Origin: Lingula anatina
Lineage: Eukaryota > Animalia > Brachiopoda
NCBI GenBank assembly: GCA_051362555.1
Contig: CM120640.1
Span: 40,154,788-40,218,787, forward strand
Length of the DNA stretch: 64,000 bases
Direction of reading: 5' to 3'
Below, one piece after another: positions 24,701-39,700 of this stretch (the first letter of the stretch is position 1; each line of letters begins with the position of its first letter). A model generated the notes under the pieces. That model was not told where the DNA came from. It worked only from the letters and a program-made list of their open reading frames with translations, and did not search any database. The translations under genes were made by a program, and so were the position numbers.

Positions 24701-27700
24701 AAAATGCTGATTTTAAAAAATATGAAGTTAACTCCCAAAGGTTCAGTTTCATAAAGAGATAATACGATAACTTGATTATCACTGCTAAAACACAAGAAAT
24801 GTCTCATATAAAGTCACTTGCATTTGGAGAATTTTTTCATATTTGCTTATATCAAAATTTTCTCTTTTAAAATGTACACAAAATGGTACAGAGAGCTCCA
24901 ATCCGCACAAAGCTGAGGAGGAATACATATCAATTTAAATTTCTCAATAATCACAGGTTTACAAGTACACGCCTACATGAGAGCATATCAAAATCCATTT
25001 TTAACATAAAAAAACTACAAAAAAGAATTTGTATACAAGTCACAAAATTCCCATTATATGTTCCATTTCCTCTCCAAGTGCTATTTCTCCATGCTAATTC
25101 AAACAGGTGCTTTGAGGAATGACCCTTGGTGCACCCGCCACCCCTTAATTCCTCTTTATCAGTGCCACTATCTGGCTCAAGTACCAGGCAGGGAAGTTTT
25201 ATGCATATCAGTCGTCTTAATGGATACTTTTACAAAATTCTCTTTTATCTTAATGTTGAAAATATATGCTTTCTAGTGTTCCTACTTATCTGACACACTT
25301 CTAAATGAAGGGGTGGCGGACAATTACACACTACGCTCACTACTCGGCAAGTGCAACATGCACAGACAAACAAGGGCAAAAGAAAAAAAAAATAACACAA
25401 CTGCATCTTCAAAATATTACATATAATTATGATATTAAAAAATCATATCACTTTTGTTAATTTTATAAAATAATATTCAAAAACAGTTTTTTAAAACAAA
25501 TATCAGCACCATTCTTCTTTTTTTTTTCTTAATTGATTGCATGCTGTCAAATAATGGCTGTAACAGAAGGAAATATTTTCCAGGACCTTTCATGAATGCT
25601 GTAAGGTAAGTTTGATGTATTGTTTTCACCTTCATGCTCTAAAGATTCTTTTCGGATATTACCAATCAACTGAAATAACTTTCAACAAGCATATTTGGAA
25701 ATAATGGTGCTAATGATGACAGGTGAAATATCCTCATGAACATTCAAGTTCTTTTTTTTTCTACACATTTCAAGACTTCTGACTCAGGTCTTTAAGGTTT
25801 CATTTTTTCCTTAATTCCTGTTAATACGCACTTTAATTGATAAGACAGAAAGCACAAGGTCAGCAACAAAAGAGATAGTGTGCAAGATGCATGCAAAACT
25901 CCCATCATTTTTTTCAGAACTTCTTGTAATCCTGCTGAGCATCTAATTAAATGCTTCAGATTTACCTACATTCTCTATTGATCTGCCATTCAATTGAAAC
26001 AATATCTACAGTAACCATGGCAACCAGTTTATTCGCACATAGCTCTGTGATGCACTAAAAGTAGATCGGTTTTTGTTTTTGTCACTGACCGAATTGTTTT
26101 CTTGCTTGAAAATGTTGCCTTGCATGAAGAATAATGAAATGTTGTACAACACGCCTACAATCACGGTAGTAACAAATTTCAACCTATAAATTCAATTATT
26201 CATCATTATGTGCATGACTGCAACTCTGATGTTGTGTGGTAAACCTCTGTTTGCCAAAATAGCGTATATTTCATATGCGAATCAGCTACCGCTAGACTCT
26301 GAATAACAGTCTCAATCGTGTCACAAACACCAGTGGTCAGCACCCAAAAAGCCATTACATTTAGGAGCAATTACAAAAATGATGTACTGATCTGGAAAAT
26401 TAAGGGGATCACAAGCGATGGATACCTGCTCGGAGGAGGAGTATATTGCATGTACACATGCCAAGATGTCTTGATTTAATGTTTCATGCCACACTTGTTG
26501 CTAACATGCTCACTTCCACCAACAGATCAGCTAAATGTACCAAGAACACAAACAAGGTATCAACGAAATCATATTTCACAATGCCATCCACTTTTAAAAT
26601 CTTTAAATAAATTGGATCATTTTTTTTTAATCTGTTGTTCTTTTATTTTGTTTGGAAAATTATATTTAGTCAAAATTTATTCAAGATATACTTTTTCTTA
26701 CCTGATGGAATCCCAGGTACTGTTCCACTGTTCTGGAGGCATAGAAAACCTCTGTATCACATGATATCACCATAAGAAACCCATTTAGAGCCTGAAATAA
26801 AATTTTAAAAAACTAGACATCAAATATGGCATACATATACAGAGATCAAAGAAATAAAAAAAATATAAATTCAATGTCCTCTAGGCAAGATGGATGGTTA
26901 GAGCGCTTAAAATGAAATTCATCAATTGTCCCCTTAATATCTGGATTGGCCTATCATGATAAAAAAGAAACAAATTTGCATTTCCAGTAGCCAGGGATAA
27001 CTAACATGATTTATTCAGTGCATGAAAATGACGATTGCTCACCAAATATCAAAATGGTGGATGAATCATATGCAGTTTACCTTGTTGTCTGAGGTGAAAG
27101 CGTTAAAACATCCTTAGCAATTCTACCCTAGACTATTTTACATTATTTAACCAGCATTTACACCCACATATCTGAGCAACAGAAGACAATGACGGCAATG
27201 ACATGAACAGAGATAAGTAATCAGAATATATACAAACACTTAGAGAAGTATACACATTTTATCAATCAAACATGTTTACAAGTCACTTTAGAGTTTTTAA
27301 AAATCATCTTAAGAATATGTACCAAAAGTCATCGTCAGTGCTCCAAAATTGAATTTTCTAATTCTGTCTGCAGCCTTGACTTTCAATGTCTGATTTTCAA
27401 ATAGCAGTCACATCTTACAAATTAGGCAAAAATGTCAATTATTTCTCTCCAATAAACTGTGTATTTAAATTCCCAAATATGTCTACATTTTTTTTCTGAA
27501 GGAGGAAAATGGAAGGAAAAGGAGAACGACTGAGAGAGGGTACTCAATTACAAATTAAGTGTAACTACATAACAATTTTAAAAAAATCAATAATGACATT
27601 TTTGGGTAAAAATATTGTCAGTGCCTGGAATGGGTAGGTTGTAGCACATATCTTTCACTGATAATTGGTTTGTTCCAGCTGACTGGCTGCATACACACCC

Positions 27701-30700
27701 AGAAAGGCAGAAAGGAAAAGCGGGTTCATGAGAAAATATTGAGGACAAAAAAAAGCAGTTTTGCAGACATCTCCAGACACAATGCTGATGAGCTTGCTGA
27801 ATGTTTCCGTTTGCCTTGCTAACAGCAGGTCCCCAGGTGATTATTTCACCTGTCTGTGTAAGTTAATATCAGACAGTTTGTAAATCAATCAATTTGAATT
27901 GCTAAAAAAAGTTAGCATTTTCTCATAAAGTTTTTTTAAATCAAATTTAACTTTTATGTCTGCCATAAAAAAGAATAAATACATTTGTTACCCGTAAGTC
28001 ACTAACTTAATGATTGACTTTAATAAACAAAATCCATCTGTTTTTTTTTTAGTATCTATCAAAGAAAAAAGAAAATACAAACCTTTAAATAAAACAAAAT
28101 AAAATCATCATCCACATCTTAGAATCGCAGATGAAGATTAGAAGAACAACGCTGCAAATTGAAGAAACTATTCCATGTATTCAGAAAAATGTCTTACCTG
28201 AAGATTGCATTCCCCCTCTGAGTTGATATCAGGATCTGTGAAGAGATGCCCATGATGGCTTCCTATGTGGTGCTCTAAACCATAGTGCTTATTTTGTAAC
28301 ACAGCTGGAATTTGAAATAAAAACAGAATAAGACTTTGGGATTACAAAGAAAATAAAGGTGTTAATATTGATCTCAAAACATGAAAAAAAAATCACAGGT
28401 GTTTTATCATACAAAGTCCTTAAAAACTGTTCAAAGAATTATTTTCTGACAATTTTCTAAAGGGATTTTCATGAGTTATTATTTGGCTTTTCAAAAGAAA
28501 AAAAATGTACTTCTATACTGACTAACATCTGACAGGCAGTTTTAGGCTGCAAGATAAGTTGGACAAGGATTCCAATTGTGTCCCTGAAGTTAAGAGCACT
28601 AAACAACCTGGTTTTGCATGAGCACTGATGCATGGCTAGTTCTGTATATGTACCATATTGCTTTACCAGATGATTATGACCGACTAGGTTAACAGTTGTA
28701 AGTAATTTTCCAATTTAAGTTGATTTTAAATCTTTCCTGACATACTTAACAATGTGCAACTAGGTCTAGTATTTAAGAAGAGAGAAATATCATTCTCACA
28801 TAGAACTTAATTTTATTTGCTTTAATGCCGTCATGTAATCTATTCATTCCAATTTAAAAGGAATGCAACAAGGGTGCTTCCATGCTTTTCACAGAAGTAA
28901 AAAAAATTTTTTTAGTTTCATCACAGGCAAACATAGCTTGACACTCTTAAAACATGCATTTTGTATAAGCCGTAAAACTATTCAAAACCTAAAACTAGAT
29001 TATGTCCCTTAATAGAAAAGAAGCTTGTAAGCAGAAAGAGATCTCCCCCATAACTCCCAAATGGTGTAAGGACACTCAAAGGGGGCGGGAACAAGCACTT
29101 AAGAACCCCACATGTGTCAATAGCGCAACTCAATCCACAAGCTTTACTGGAAAAGAACATCCACATAAATCAACTCCAGTCGTCATGGACAATTTCCCTG
29201 TCAGATAATATTAGCGCCTCTGCACAGCTTTGATTACTCTCTGTTTTGTTGACAGTCAGTCTATCATGAAGAAGGGTTCTATGCTGTATTCAAAGTCAAT
29301 GCGTTCAAAGCTGCCGTGCTATTGATACAGCGCAGTGCTCTCTGAGCTGATCTGTGTTGACAACATTGATTTTACTATGACATCAGCACAAAACTTGACA
29401 GACTCCTCTGCATGGGTACCCACGGAACAATCCCAGCCCAGACAAAGGCACAAAGGGAGGGGAAAAACAGGGGTGGATTCAGCGAGAAATACTACCTCCC
29501 TGTACAGGGTACCAACAAAACAGACAAATAATTAAACTTAATGAAACTCCTCATTTCTGTGGTCGGTTAGATATGGTTCTCAATTTCATTAAATCCTTGT
29601 CAGCTGCCAAACTATCCAACAGAAGACCACTTGTTCTCTTAAATGATCTGGTTTGGATAAATACATTAACCAAATACATTATTTTATAATTTTCTTCCTG
29701 CTTGATCTATTTCTCTTAATATTTTTGTTAAAAAAAACTTGCCCAAAATGACCCCCTTTTCCAAATGACAAATTTTACAGACAGAACCCAAAGATATTTA
29801 TGACAACTGGGCCTAGGGGAAGACAACTAAGTGCAAATTTTCTAATCTGAGTATACTAAAGACTGCTAGAGTCATATATCATTTGATGACATTCTTATTA
29901 TATGTACTCCAGAACACAACTCCAAAAGGCATCGTGAAAATTTGCCAGTTAGGTGAATTTAATCAGTAACTCTACTTAAATAAAATGTGATGGTCTTTTT
30001 CATATTCAATTTTCACGAATTGAATTTGCCACTCTAAAAAGAAATTAAAAAAGTGATTTCATTATCCTAAAATTTATTTATAATCAATAAATTCAGCATC
30101 TACCTGATTAGTATATAAGTCCCTCTCTGGTAATGACATTCCATTTTGTACACATTATCTGAACATAAATTTGGTTACAGACTGCCAATTTGTACCATTT
30201 ATCAAATTGGACACCTGCATTTTACTACTCCTCATTAAAACGTCAACACTTGAAAAGTGGGTAGACAGGGAACATGGAGGGACTCCATTACACCTGAACT
30301 TAGCCGGTTTCAATTTCCACCAATTTCCTTAGAAAACTGATTCACAAAGGTATCCTATTCAAACTTCAAAAATGCCAAATTTTAAATGAGCAAAATGAGA
30401 ATTATTTTTTGTCTGAATTAAGAACATTCAAATGCTTGTGCATTAGTTTTTAAAATATTTTTCAAAAATGTTAAAAATGTAAAATTATCAAAGCTTTTAT
30501 GTACACTTTTCTAAAAATAAATTAAATCACAATTCATCTAAATTTTTAGTTTTATTAAATGTTATAAAATGTTAAAAACATTTTTCTGATAATTTGTACC
30601 ATATCTTTAACCTGTCTACATTTTAAAGTTTTGGATGACAAGAGTCCCACTGTCAGTTATAATGAAGAGTTGTTTTATCTGCATTGTGCAAGGCCACAGA

Positions 30701-33700
30701 TGCTAAGGCTTTGTTTCTAATCACAAATTTTCTGGTATAATGAGGCATAACACACATAGTCAAATCACACTGTTCATTGCTCATTTCTGCTTCACTTAGC
30801 CTCACTGCATGAGAGATTCATTTCACTGACTGCGTCATTAATTTAATGAGAATGACACTCCTGTTAATCTTTTAGCTCTTCAGTGACAATTCCTTTGTTT
30901 TTGTTCTCATCCGGATATGACAAATTTGGATGATTTCGTCCATTTTATGCAGAAATCGTCATGGAATATGACAATCTTTCACTTTTGTGCCATCCGAGAT
31001 TTTGCAGTCAATTTCAATTATTCTAACTACCCAACATGGTGGTAAGTAAATAAACAAATATGAAATAATAATAATGAAGTTAAATTTTGTTAATCAAAAA
31101 GTCAAAATTAAAAAAAAAATAGTTATCACATGAAAATTGTAAAAAGTGAACAAATCGCCCACATAAACAGATGCGCTTCTTTTTTCTTTGCGTCCCCTTG
31201 GAACTATTGGCAAGGTGAGCTGACCCCAAAGTCACTAGGTACAATGTTTAAGTCAACAGCCTGTGAATTGGGGCACAACTGGTCATTATTGATATGGAGC
31301 TCTTATCCAGGTTCCTCCATGCACATTAAATTCCATGAGCATGCACCAATATGTCACATACTCAAAAAAATTAAAACTCTAAATAGTCTAAATGCTGGAT
31401 CGGAAAATGTGTAAAAAGTGGAATTATTCTAAATGGACTGATGTTGGATTTATTTTTCACATTTGAATGTACAATATTGGCAAATAAGTAATGGTACTTT
31501 TGTCATACAAGAAAAGGCCATTTCAGTGCAAATCTTTTTGATATTCAATGCGCATGAAAAGTGAACCCAGACACTATCATAAATGTCAAAAACAGTACCG
31601 ATGAAACCTTCAGGAGTCGATAAATGTTTTACGACATACTTTATCTATGTTCAACCTCTAAAAATGCAACCAGGCAGAGAACAAATGTGTAAAACTTAAA
31701 AGGATTTTAATTTGGAGTGTTTCACCAACTATTTTGTGATGATGGATGATGAGAAAATAATAAAGTTTGATATTTTTTAATCACTACAAACTGGCTGTTG
31801 GTTGGTTTTAGACATATCTGCTGCGAAAGACAGCAAGTTACAATCGTAGAACATGATTCATACACATAAAAAGCAGTTCATCTGACCTCACATGCGTCTG
31901 TTGTAACGCAGATGCGATGCGCCAAGACAAATTCCTAGAAGCAGAAGGACATGTTTGCCAATTTAAGTACATCTTTGCACAGATGATCCCTCATTGGTGA
32001 AATTAGTACATACATTTTCCCTTTTTTTCCTTAAGCGTGAAAATTAAAAGAATATGATGGACCAAATAAAGGCTGAATAATTTGAAACATTAACTTTTAA
32101 TGGTTATTATAATTTCCATAACATCTTCCAATTTCAATTAATCAGGGTTAATGGAAGTGCATAACCACAGCGTAATTTGCTGAATTTCTGAAAAACTTAA
32201 CAGTGATAACATTTTATATAGTTCCCATTATAACTCTCAATTCTATTTAATTAACGCTATTAGAAGGTGTAACGTACATATGCTGGTGTCCAGTGATGGA
32301 GCAGCAATTTTTCCTGAAGCCTCAGTTGGCATCATAAAGCGAATAAGGCATGGTTCCATGCCAAGCACCAGGTAACAAGTAACAAGCACAAAAATAATGA
32401 TAAGAAGAACACACAGGACTACCTGCAACTCATTAGCTGGCAGCAGAAAGCAAAAAGAGAAAAAAAAACTTTTTTCATTTCTTTCATTTTTTTTTCAATA
32501 AATCAACCTGAATATCCTTCTTTTTTTAATTTTTTTTTTCAAATTTTAAAACAGTGAAATATCCATCTGCCTTATATGTGTGTGGACCCAGTGCCAGCCA
32601 CCCGCCCCTTGTGATGTGTTGTCACCAACAAAACCATCCATTGTATTTATTTCAATATCATACAATCTTGACATTGTTTTGAAACAATTACTATAGCACT
32701 GTGCTAGCGTATGCCCAGGTAATGGCCAGCCCTGCCACAGTGCCCCCCCACTGCTGCAGTCACAGTCACTACTACCTGGGGTCTAATTAAGGCAATACTG
32801 AAGCCCCATTAATCCATCATTCCCAGCTGCTATTCTCTTGGATTCTTCATTTACCAGTGAACAAGAGGAGAGTGGAAATGGTAAAGCTTCATCAAGTATT
32901 GATCAGTCCCACCACCTGCCTCTCCTCAATGCCTTCCCTTTCACTTCAATTGCTCTCAAGTGAGCTGCTCTCCAACACACACTGTATCAAAGGTACTTAT
33001 GTTCCAGCTCATTGCCTTTCGATATTATATTGAGAAAAACTGTTTTCTCAGATAAAGAACTCCCTGAGCTCTCAAGAACTTGCTACTGAGTTTATATGGA
33101 AATAAAAGAAATAAGAAAGATCAAGGAGTGATTGGAAATGAAAAATGCTTCAACCGAGAAAAGTTGTTTGCCCCCCTAAAATACTACACTTGATTAGATA
33201 CTCCTTGAACAATTATAATTTGAGAGTTTTTGAGAATTTTTAAAAAATCTGCTAGGGAATTTGCTGAAAAGGCAATGCAAGTTTCAAAATAAAATTCATA
33301 CTTATACAGGTATTGAAGACAGATAAAACCTCACTCTTCCAATCTTTTGCCTTGCAGGTAAGTATCTGATTGGTCAAGATGTAGCAGTGCAGTAATCCAT
33401 CAACCTGGTTACTATAGCGATGGCAATAGTATGTCAACTTTGCATAACCACCACAGTACTTAGGGGTCAGAGCCACTGTACATAATTTATTCAAATATAA
33501 AAGACCAAACAGATACTCAAGTTGGAAGCTTTTTGGGCAAATTATAAGAAAGTGCCTTTAAGAAATGATACTTGGTCAAAAATAATACCAAGTAAAAGAA
33601 AGTTTGTTTTTATCAGTGTTTTAAATAATGGATCACACCAACCCCCTGTGAACTGAACAACCCCTATCTTCAAAAATATAACTTTCATTGTGGCAATCTT

Positions 33701-36700
33701 CCAAAGTTTGCCTCATATTCACCTTCTGAAGAAAAAAAATAATCCTAATTGCTTTGGCAGCAGGCATCCTGGCTTGTATTGCACAGGCTGGCAATTCCTG
33801 AATTATTGATGACGGTGTGATTACAACTTGATTACACAGTAGAGAAATTGCCATTAGAAGAGGTGCTATATGCCTGCTTCATTGAAAAACCCAGCCCCTG
33901 ATGAGTCCCTGTTTGAGTGGAATAATCACCACAGTCTGTAGGGGTATACTCAAAGCTTCCTGTCTACTAGAACTGTCCCATAAGAATCTAAACAGAGCCA
34001 ATACTCTACTATATGCAGGCTACTTTGCTCAGATAAGGAAAAACTAATACACACAGGGAACATAAATCATACATATAGGAGGTGACTTCGAACATAATTA
34101 TGACAATAAAATTGTAATCAGAAATACAATAGTTTACAGAGATGTGTTAAGAGTGTGAGAGTAAGACAGGGGGGAACCATGTTTTTCTTTTGCAGGAAAG
34201 AGACATTGAATTAACTTATCTAATCTAAGATATTTCCAAAACAAGTGACATTTGATGTAAAAAAATTAAATTCCCTTCCACTAGTGGAAATGCACTGAAT
34301 TCAAAGAATCTGTAATTACCAAAAATATACCAGTCTGATTACTATTTATTTGCTTATTAACCTTAATGAGATTTTCATGTGTTGCATCAATTGATTTTTA
34401 AAAGTCATATAATTCAGCTCCTACAGCTCACATTATATACCGGAAACAATTAAATTGCCATTAAAAAAATTTAATTTGTCAAATAAGACCATACTCAATT
34501 CAACAAAAAAGAAAAAAAAACTTGTTATTTAGAAATATATGCACATCTATAAAAAGCATGAGGGATACGAGTGCTGAATTCACACCTCTTCAGCTAAAAC
34601 CCCTTTTCCTTCAGGAAACATATGACAAGACAAGCCAGACTGTTTGGCATAAGAAAAGATATAACATTTTTTTCCAGATTTTATTTTCATATTTTGTACA
34701 TCTGCAAGAGCAGATGACAATGTGTTATATAAAAAAAAAACATAAGAAATAACACGAAAAATAAATTGAATAAAATAATCAAAGTGAGTGGGAGATAATA
34801 CATGCTTTTCTGTAATGTAAGGCAACTTGTACCTAAGCTTAGAACTGCCACGCAGTCGTTTAGCACCAGCTGTTACAGTGACCGAAAAATACCAGATAGG
34901 GTTATCGAGTTCACCACGTTTTAAAATTCAGAACAATGAAGTACAGCACTAAGATTTTGTAATTTCAAAGGATGCACTGATTGGTCAGGTCACCATAGAC
35001 ATAACTGTCATGTTTGGGACAAGACAAGCTGTTCAGATACATGTACCCACACTCTCCGTCTGCAGCCAGATCAAAGACAAAGGCAATGTTTTTAATTAAA
35101 TAATAATAAAAAAAATGATACATTAAAAATATCAACGCATCAAAATTTAGCCAGAAATCAATATCCTGTGTAAAGGGATTACAAGACTGCCACCAAAGTT
35201 TTTCATATTCATCTCTGTAACATGGCACAATGCTAGTTTGCCGAAGGGGGCACAAATAAAAATCTGCACAACCGGTGTCAGTGTATGTCATGTTATTGCT
35301 GTACTGGTTGAACTGGACTCAATTTTTTGAAGTGCCGGCTTTAACCCTGTACATGTATAATACAAACCTGAACTCTCAACCTAGGTTTTACACGCAATAC
35401 ATAATTCCCAAATATTAAACAAGATTGAGATGTTGTGCAATTAATTAAACACAGGAGACTATTTCATAACAAAGAATAGCTTTAAGGGAGAACTCCTGAT
35501 GTTCTTTGACATAAGACAACAACTTGCAGTGTAACCTCATCAAGCAGTCTTCCTTTGTATCTAGGCAACCAGCAAATTTGCGGTTTTTAGAAAGGCAGCA
35601 GCCAAGATAAAACTTCTGTTTTTTTTCTCTCCCAGTATCTTTAATCTATAATGTTTAAAATATTCAATTAAAATATGAAAAATAAAAAGAATCCAAATAA
35701 AAGTTTAATTAAAGAAAGAAAAAAGAGCAATCCTATATAAGGAGCATTATTTCCTGGCAGGAAAACTAATTGAAGTACCTCACAAAACAATTTATCCTTT
35801 GGGGGAGACAGAGAGGGAGGAGGGGGTGATGGAGAGCATTAAAAATTTTAAAGACAATCCATCCAGTTCATCTTCTCTAAACAAATCAACAAGACTTTTT
35901 GCCAATCCAGAACTTCTGTACCACCTACTTGAAGTTTTATCTTTATCGGAACTGACACTTGATGCCTCTGAATGGGAAGCAGAAATTGAGCAGTTAATCA
36001 AGTTACCAACAAACCCCTATTAGCCTTGATGTTATCAGAGCCACTGCCTCTCTAATAAAGCTGGAAGTAGCTCCTGGTGGCTATTGGCAGCTGTGGCCAA
36101 AATACAGGTAAGTGGAGTTGATGGCATGTACCAGTACATGTTTACAAGTTTAGGGCAGTATATGTTCAGAAATAAGAAAAGTTGATAAAAAGAGAAGTAA
36201 CCAAATATGGAGTAGGGTCATGATTTAAATGCCCGCCCAGAAAACCCTCTAAAACAATCCCAATAATAAAAATATTACTTTCAGACATTTTTTCAGGCTT
36301 TATTTGGTTATTTAAAATTTACGTTTTAACTTTAATCATTTGTTTAAATATGTATTTGAAACATTTGGGTTTACTTTTTTTAGATTGTCAACATTTATGT
36401 TCAAAAACTAGATATTCCTAATATGTGACATAGTTTAAAAATCTGTATTTTTTCATACAAGTAGATACATCAATGGAAAAAAATTGACACAATCTTGATA
36501 TTTCAACTTCTTTACAAATTAGTTTAATAAAGAATGGGAGTATGTACATTTTTTCAAACTCTGACAATGTGAATGTAATTAATATAAATGGGCTTTCCAA
36601 AAGGCATAAAACATATTTGGCATTAGTAAATCAATCAACTTGACTTGGTCTAGTGACTTGCACCTTTTGCTGATAGTTTTCAGACATGACATCCCTTTGA

Positions 36701-39700
36701 AGTGACACAATTCCAAATTGTTGAAAACACATTAAGATCTGATAGAGCAAAACAATGTTCAAACATTACAGCAAGTCACTGCTTGACTGAAATATGGGAA
36801 TGAAATCTATCTGAAGGGAAAATAATTAAGCCTTTTTTCTTATGTTTTTTAATCATGAAATTTCAGCAACAAAACTGAAAAAAAAATTTTTAAGAAGCTA
36901 TTCCTTTGTCAGTTATCTATGGATGAAAGGTGTTACTGAATATATTCAAGACAAGTAACACATTGTTAAAGTAAAAAGTGCTGATCATGAATATTTGTCA
37001 AAGTAGCTCTGTAAGATTAATATACCCCAGTATATTACCATGCCAACAGGCAGAGGAGGGGGAGGAATAGAAAGAACCTCCCTTTTGGCCATAAAAGTAC
37101 ACTCTTAATAATATGTGATTAGATTCCATGCCACTTCACAAGTTGGGTCAATTAAAGGGATGAAAAGAGCAACTTTTCAGAAAAAGAACCTCCGTTTTAA
37201 AATATATGACTCCAGTCCTGTATTACAGATTATTTGGCTGAGCAATCATTTGCAACTGATAACAATTTACTGAATTATTTAAGTCCCATATGTAAATCAG
37301 CCACTCTATATATTTTTCAGTTTGTCACAAACAAACAAAAAAATTACAGACAGTTGAAAGATTTTGAAGATTTATTGAAGAAAATTTACAAACTTGGTTA
37401 AGTTACAAATACTATGGTCTTTGCATTAAAATGGTCTCTCCCAATATTTGGTTATTAACAATAACTGCAAAAAGGATGCTTAAATCCTATTTTATTTAAA
37501 CAAAAAATATTAAATGCTCTTAAGGGAACACTAAGTTTCTTTTTTTCTTCATCACAACTACTTTATCTTTATTTTTTTATTAATGCTATATTGTAAAATA
37601 AGTATACCTGGAGGGGTCTCTTTAATTTAGCATTCAACCAAGTAATGTTTTGGTAAATGTCTCAATATAAAATTCCCTGTAACAGTTTTCTTAAATACGT
37701 AAATAAATGAAAAAAACTTATCTGAATGATGTTTAAATAGAAAGTTCATTTTAATAACCTAAAATGGCTTTTAAACTTCTAAAATCTTAAAATGTAAAGG
37801 TATGCTGCAAAAAGTTTCAAATTTATTCAAAATCTTAAAAAAACATATGTAACGAAAAAAAAATCTAGAAAATTAATCCACAAAAATCAAAATTAATTTT
37901 ATTTACTTTTTAATAAACACCTTTTTAAGAAAAACATTTCAATTCACCAAAATCTCTGCATGGCTACAGGGTTCAAGCTTGAAAACGACAACATACGAAA
38001 TGGTTCTTTAACATGAAAAACAATTTGTATCAAAGACCACCGCATTCTGTGCAACAACTCATAAACCCACTATTTTCACTGAAACCAGTGTATATTGTAC
38101 AACAGCATATAAAAGAAAATTGCTCACATGCACAACACAGAAATTGGGCAAAAAAAATGGATTTGGCAATTTACAATTAACTACTTAAATTGGCCCAAAA
38201 CACTAAATTATCCTACTTAAAATTCACTTCACATTGAATTACATGTAAGAACAAGTGGAAAACAGCTGACTGTTCTTGCTCAGTCCTTAAATACTTTTCT
38301 GAACAATAAAATAACTCTCTTGGCCTGTCATTTCAGAGAGAAACAAATGGAATCTCAGGCGTATTCTGAACCTAATACTAAATTATCAACCATGAATAAG
38401 CTATTTCTCAGCCACTCAACATATGACATGAAAAGGGTGTAGCCATTAGTGCAGAAAAGACCGATAATGGCTTTCTACTTTCTCTGATTCAAAAAAAATA
38501 TTCTTCCAGACGTATCAATCAGGTGGACTTTATCAGGGACATTTCATCTCGGCAGGTATTTTCAGTAAACTACTTAATATACAAGTCAGGAGTGATGGTT
38601 CCCAGCATGTCAAAGTTTGTATGTACAGACAGTTTGTCCCTGTACATTAACATTGCATAGAAGTTATTATCATTATTCAAAATATGAACACAAGGAAAAA
38701 AGGATATTTTGAGGTTTTACAAAATGATGAAATTCAACTGACAAATTCTGCATCACATTTCCGAAGAAATGAGAAATTAAATTACATAAACAGGGAAATG
38801 GAAAATATTTTGCACATGGCACCAGAATTACATTTTTAAAATTTATTTCAGTCATGAAATAAAATGATAACAAATGTTTGTAATGTTAAAAAAAATTTTT
38901 AGGTGTGAAATAAAACCAATCTAATTTGCACACGTAACTTGTGACAAGATTATAAAATATAATAAATGTTGGCATTACATTTATTCATATAAATATATCA
39001 TATCCTATCCTCGCTCTTTTTTTTCTTGTCAACGGGCATCCATCAAAGGGTGTCTACTGACGACGCAGTATTTAAAAAATGTACCTCATGACCTTGAAGT
39101 TACGGATTTATATTCCTGCACATCTTACCTGGAGAGTTTGAACTTGTTCCCTGTTTGTACTCAGCTGTTCGCACAGGAAGCTATCTTCTTAATGGCAAGA
39201 TGCATGCAAAGTGTACTAAGAGCTGCATTGTTTTCAACCAGGCAGTTAGTAGTGAGTCTGGAGCAAACATTTGATGTAACTGAGCATGGTTGTCATATTT
39301 AGGCAAAGGAAAAAATGGCTGCCGCGCTACTTAACTTGGAAGCCTTTGCCCCACGTGGCAAATTTCGCCATCTCGCACATGTCTTAACATATAGAACATG
39401 GTTCCAACTGTCCTATGAGATACTAAAGTGGTCGAAACTCTTAGAAAAAGTTATTCCCTTGAGTACATCTCCCTGCTTCTTGTCCGTGTATAGATATGTA
39501 ACTGAATCTTCATTCCGTCTGCTATAACAGAACTTCAAACAAGCCATAGACAACAAAACAATGCTGCAGTGAGCTGAAGCGGGTGAAAATAAATATGAGA
39601 AAAAATGTCGAGCTTTAAATAAGTCTTGTTCTGATCAAGCTTTGTGTTGCATGCAACATGCGAGCTAGTTGTAAATACCTGACGACTAAGATGTATTGAG

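Noticed and set aside
35792-36023. Overlapping ORFs in AHR intron 2, one looking helical ([14 protein letters not shown]...)
   Set aside because: Short, non-ATG first codon, no recognisable family and no convincing splice partners
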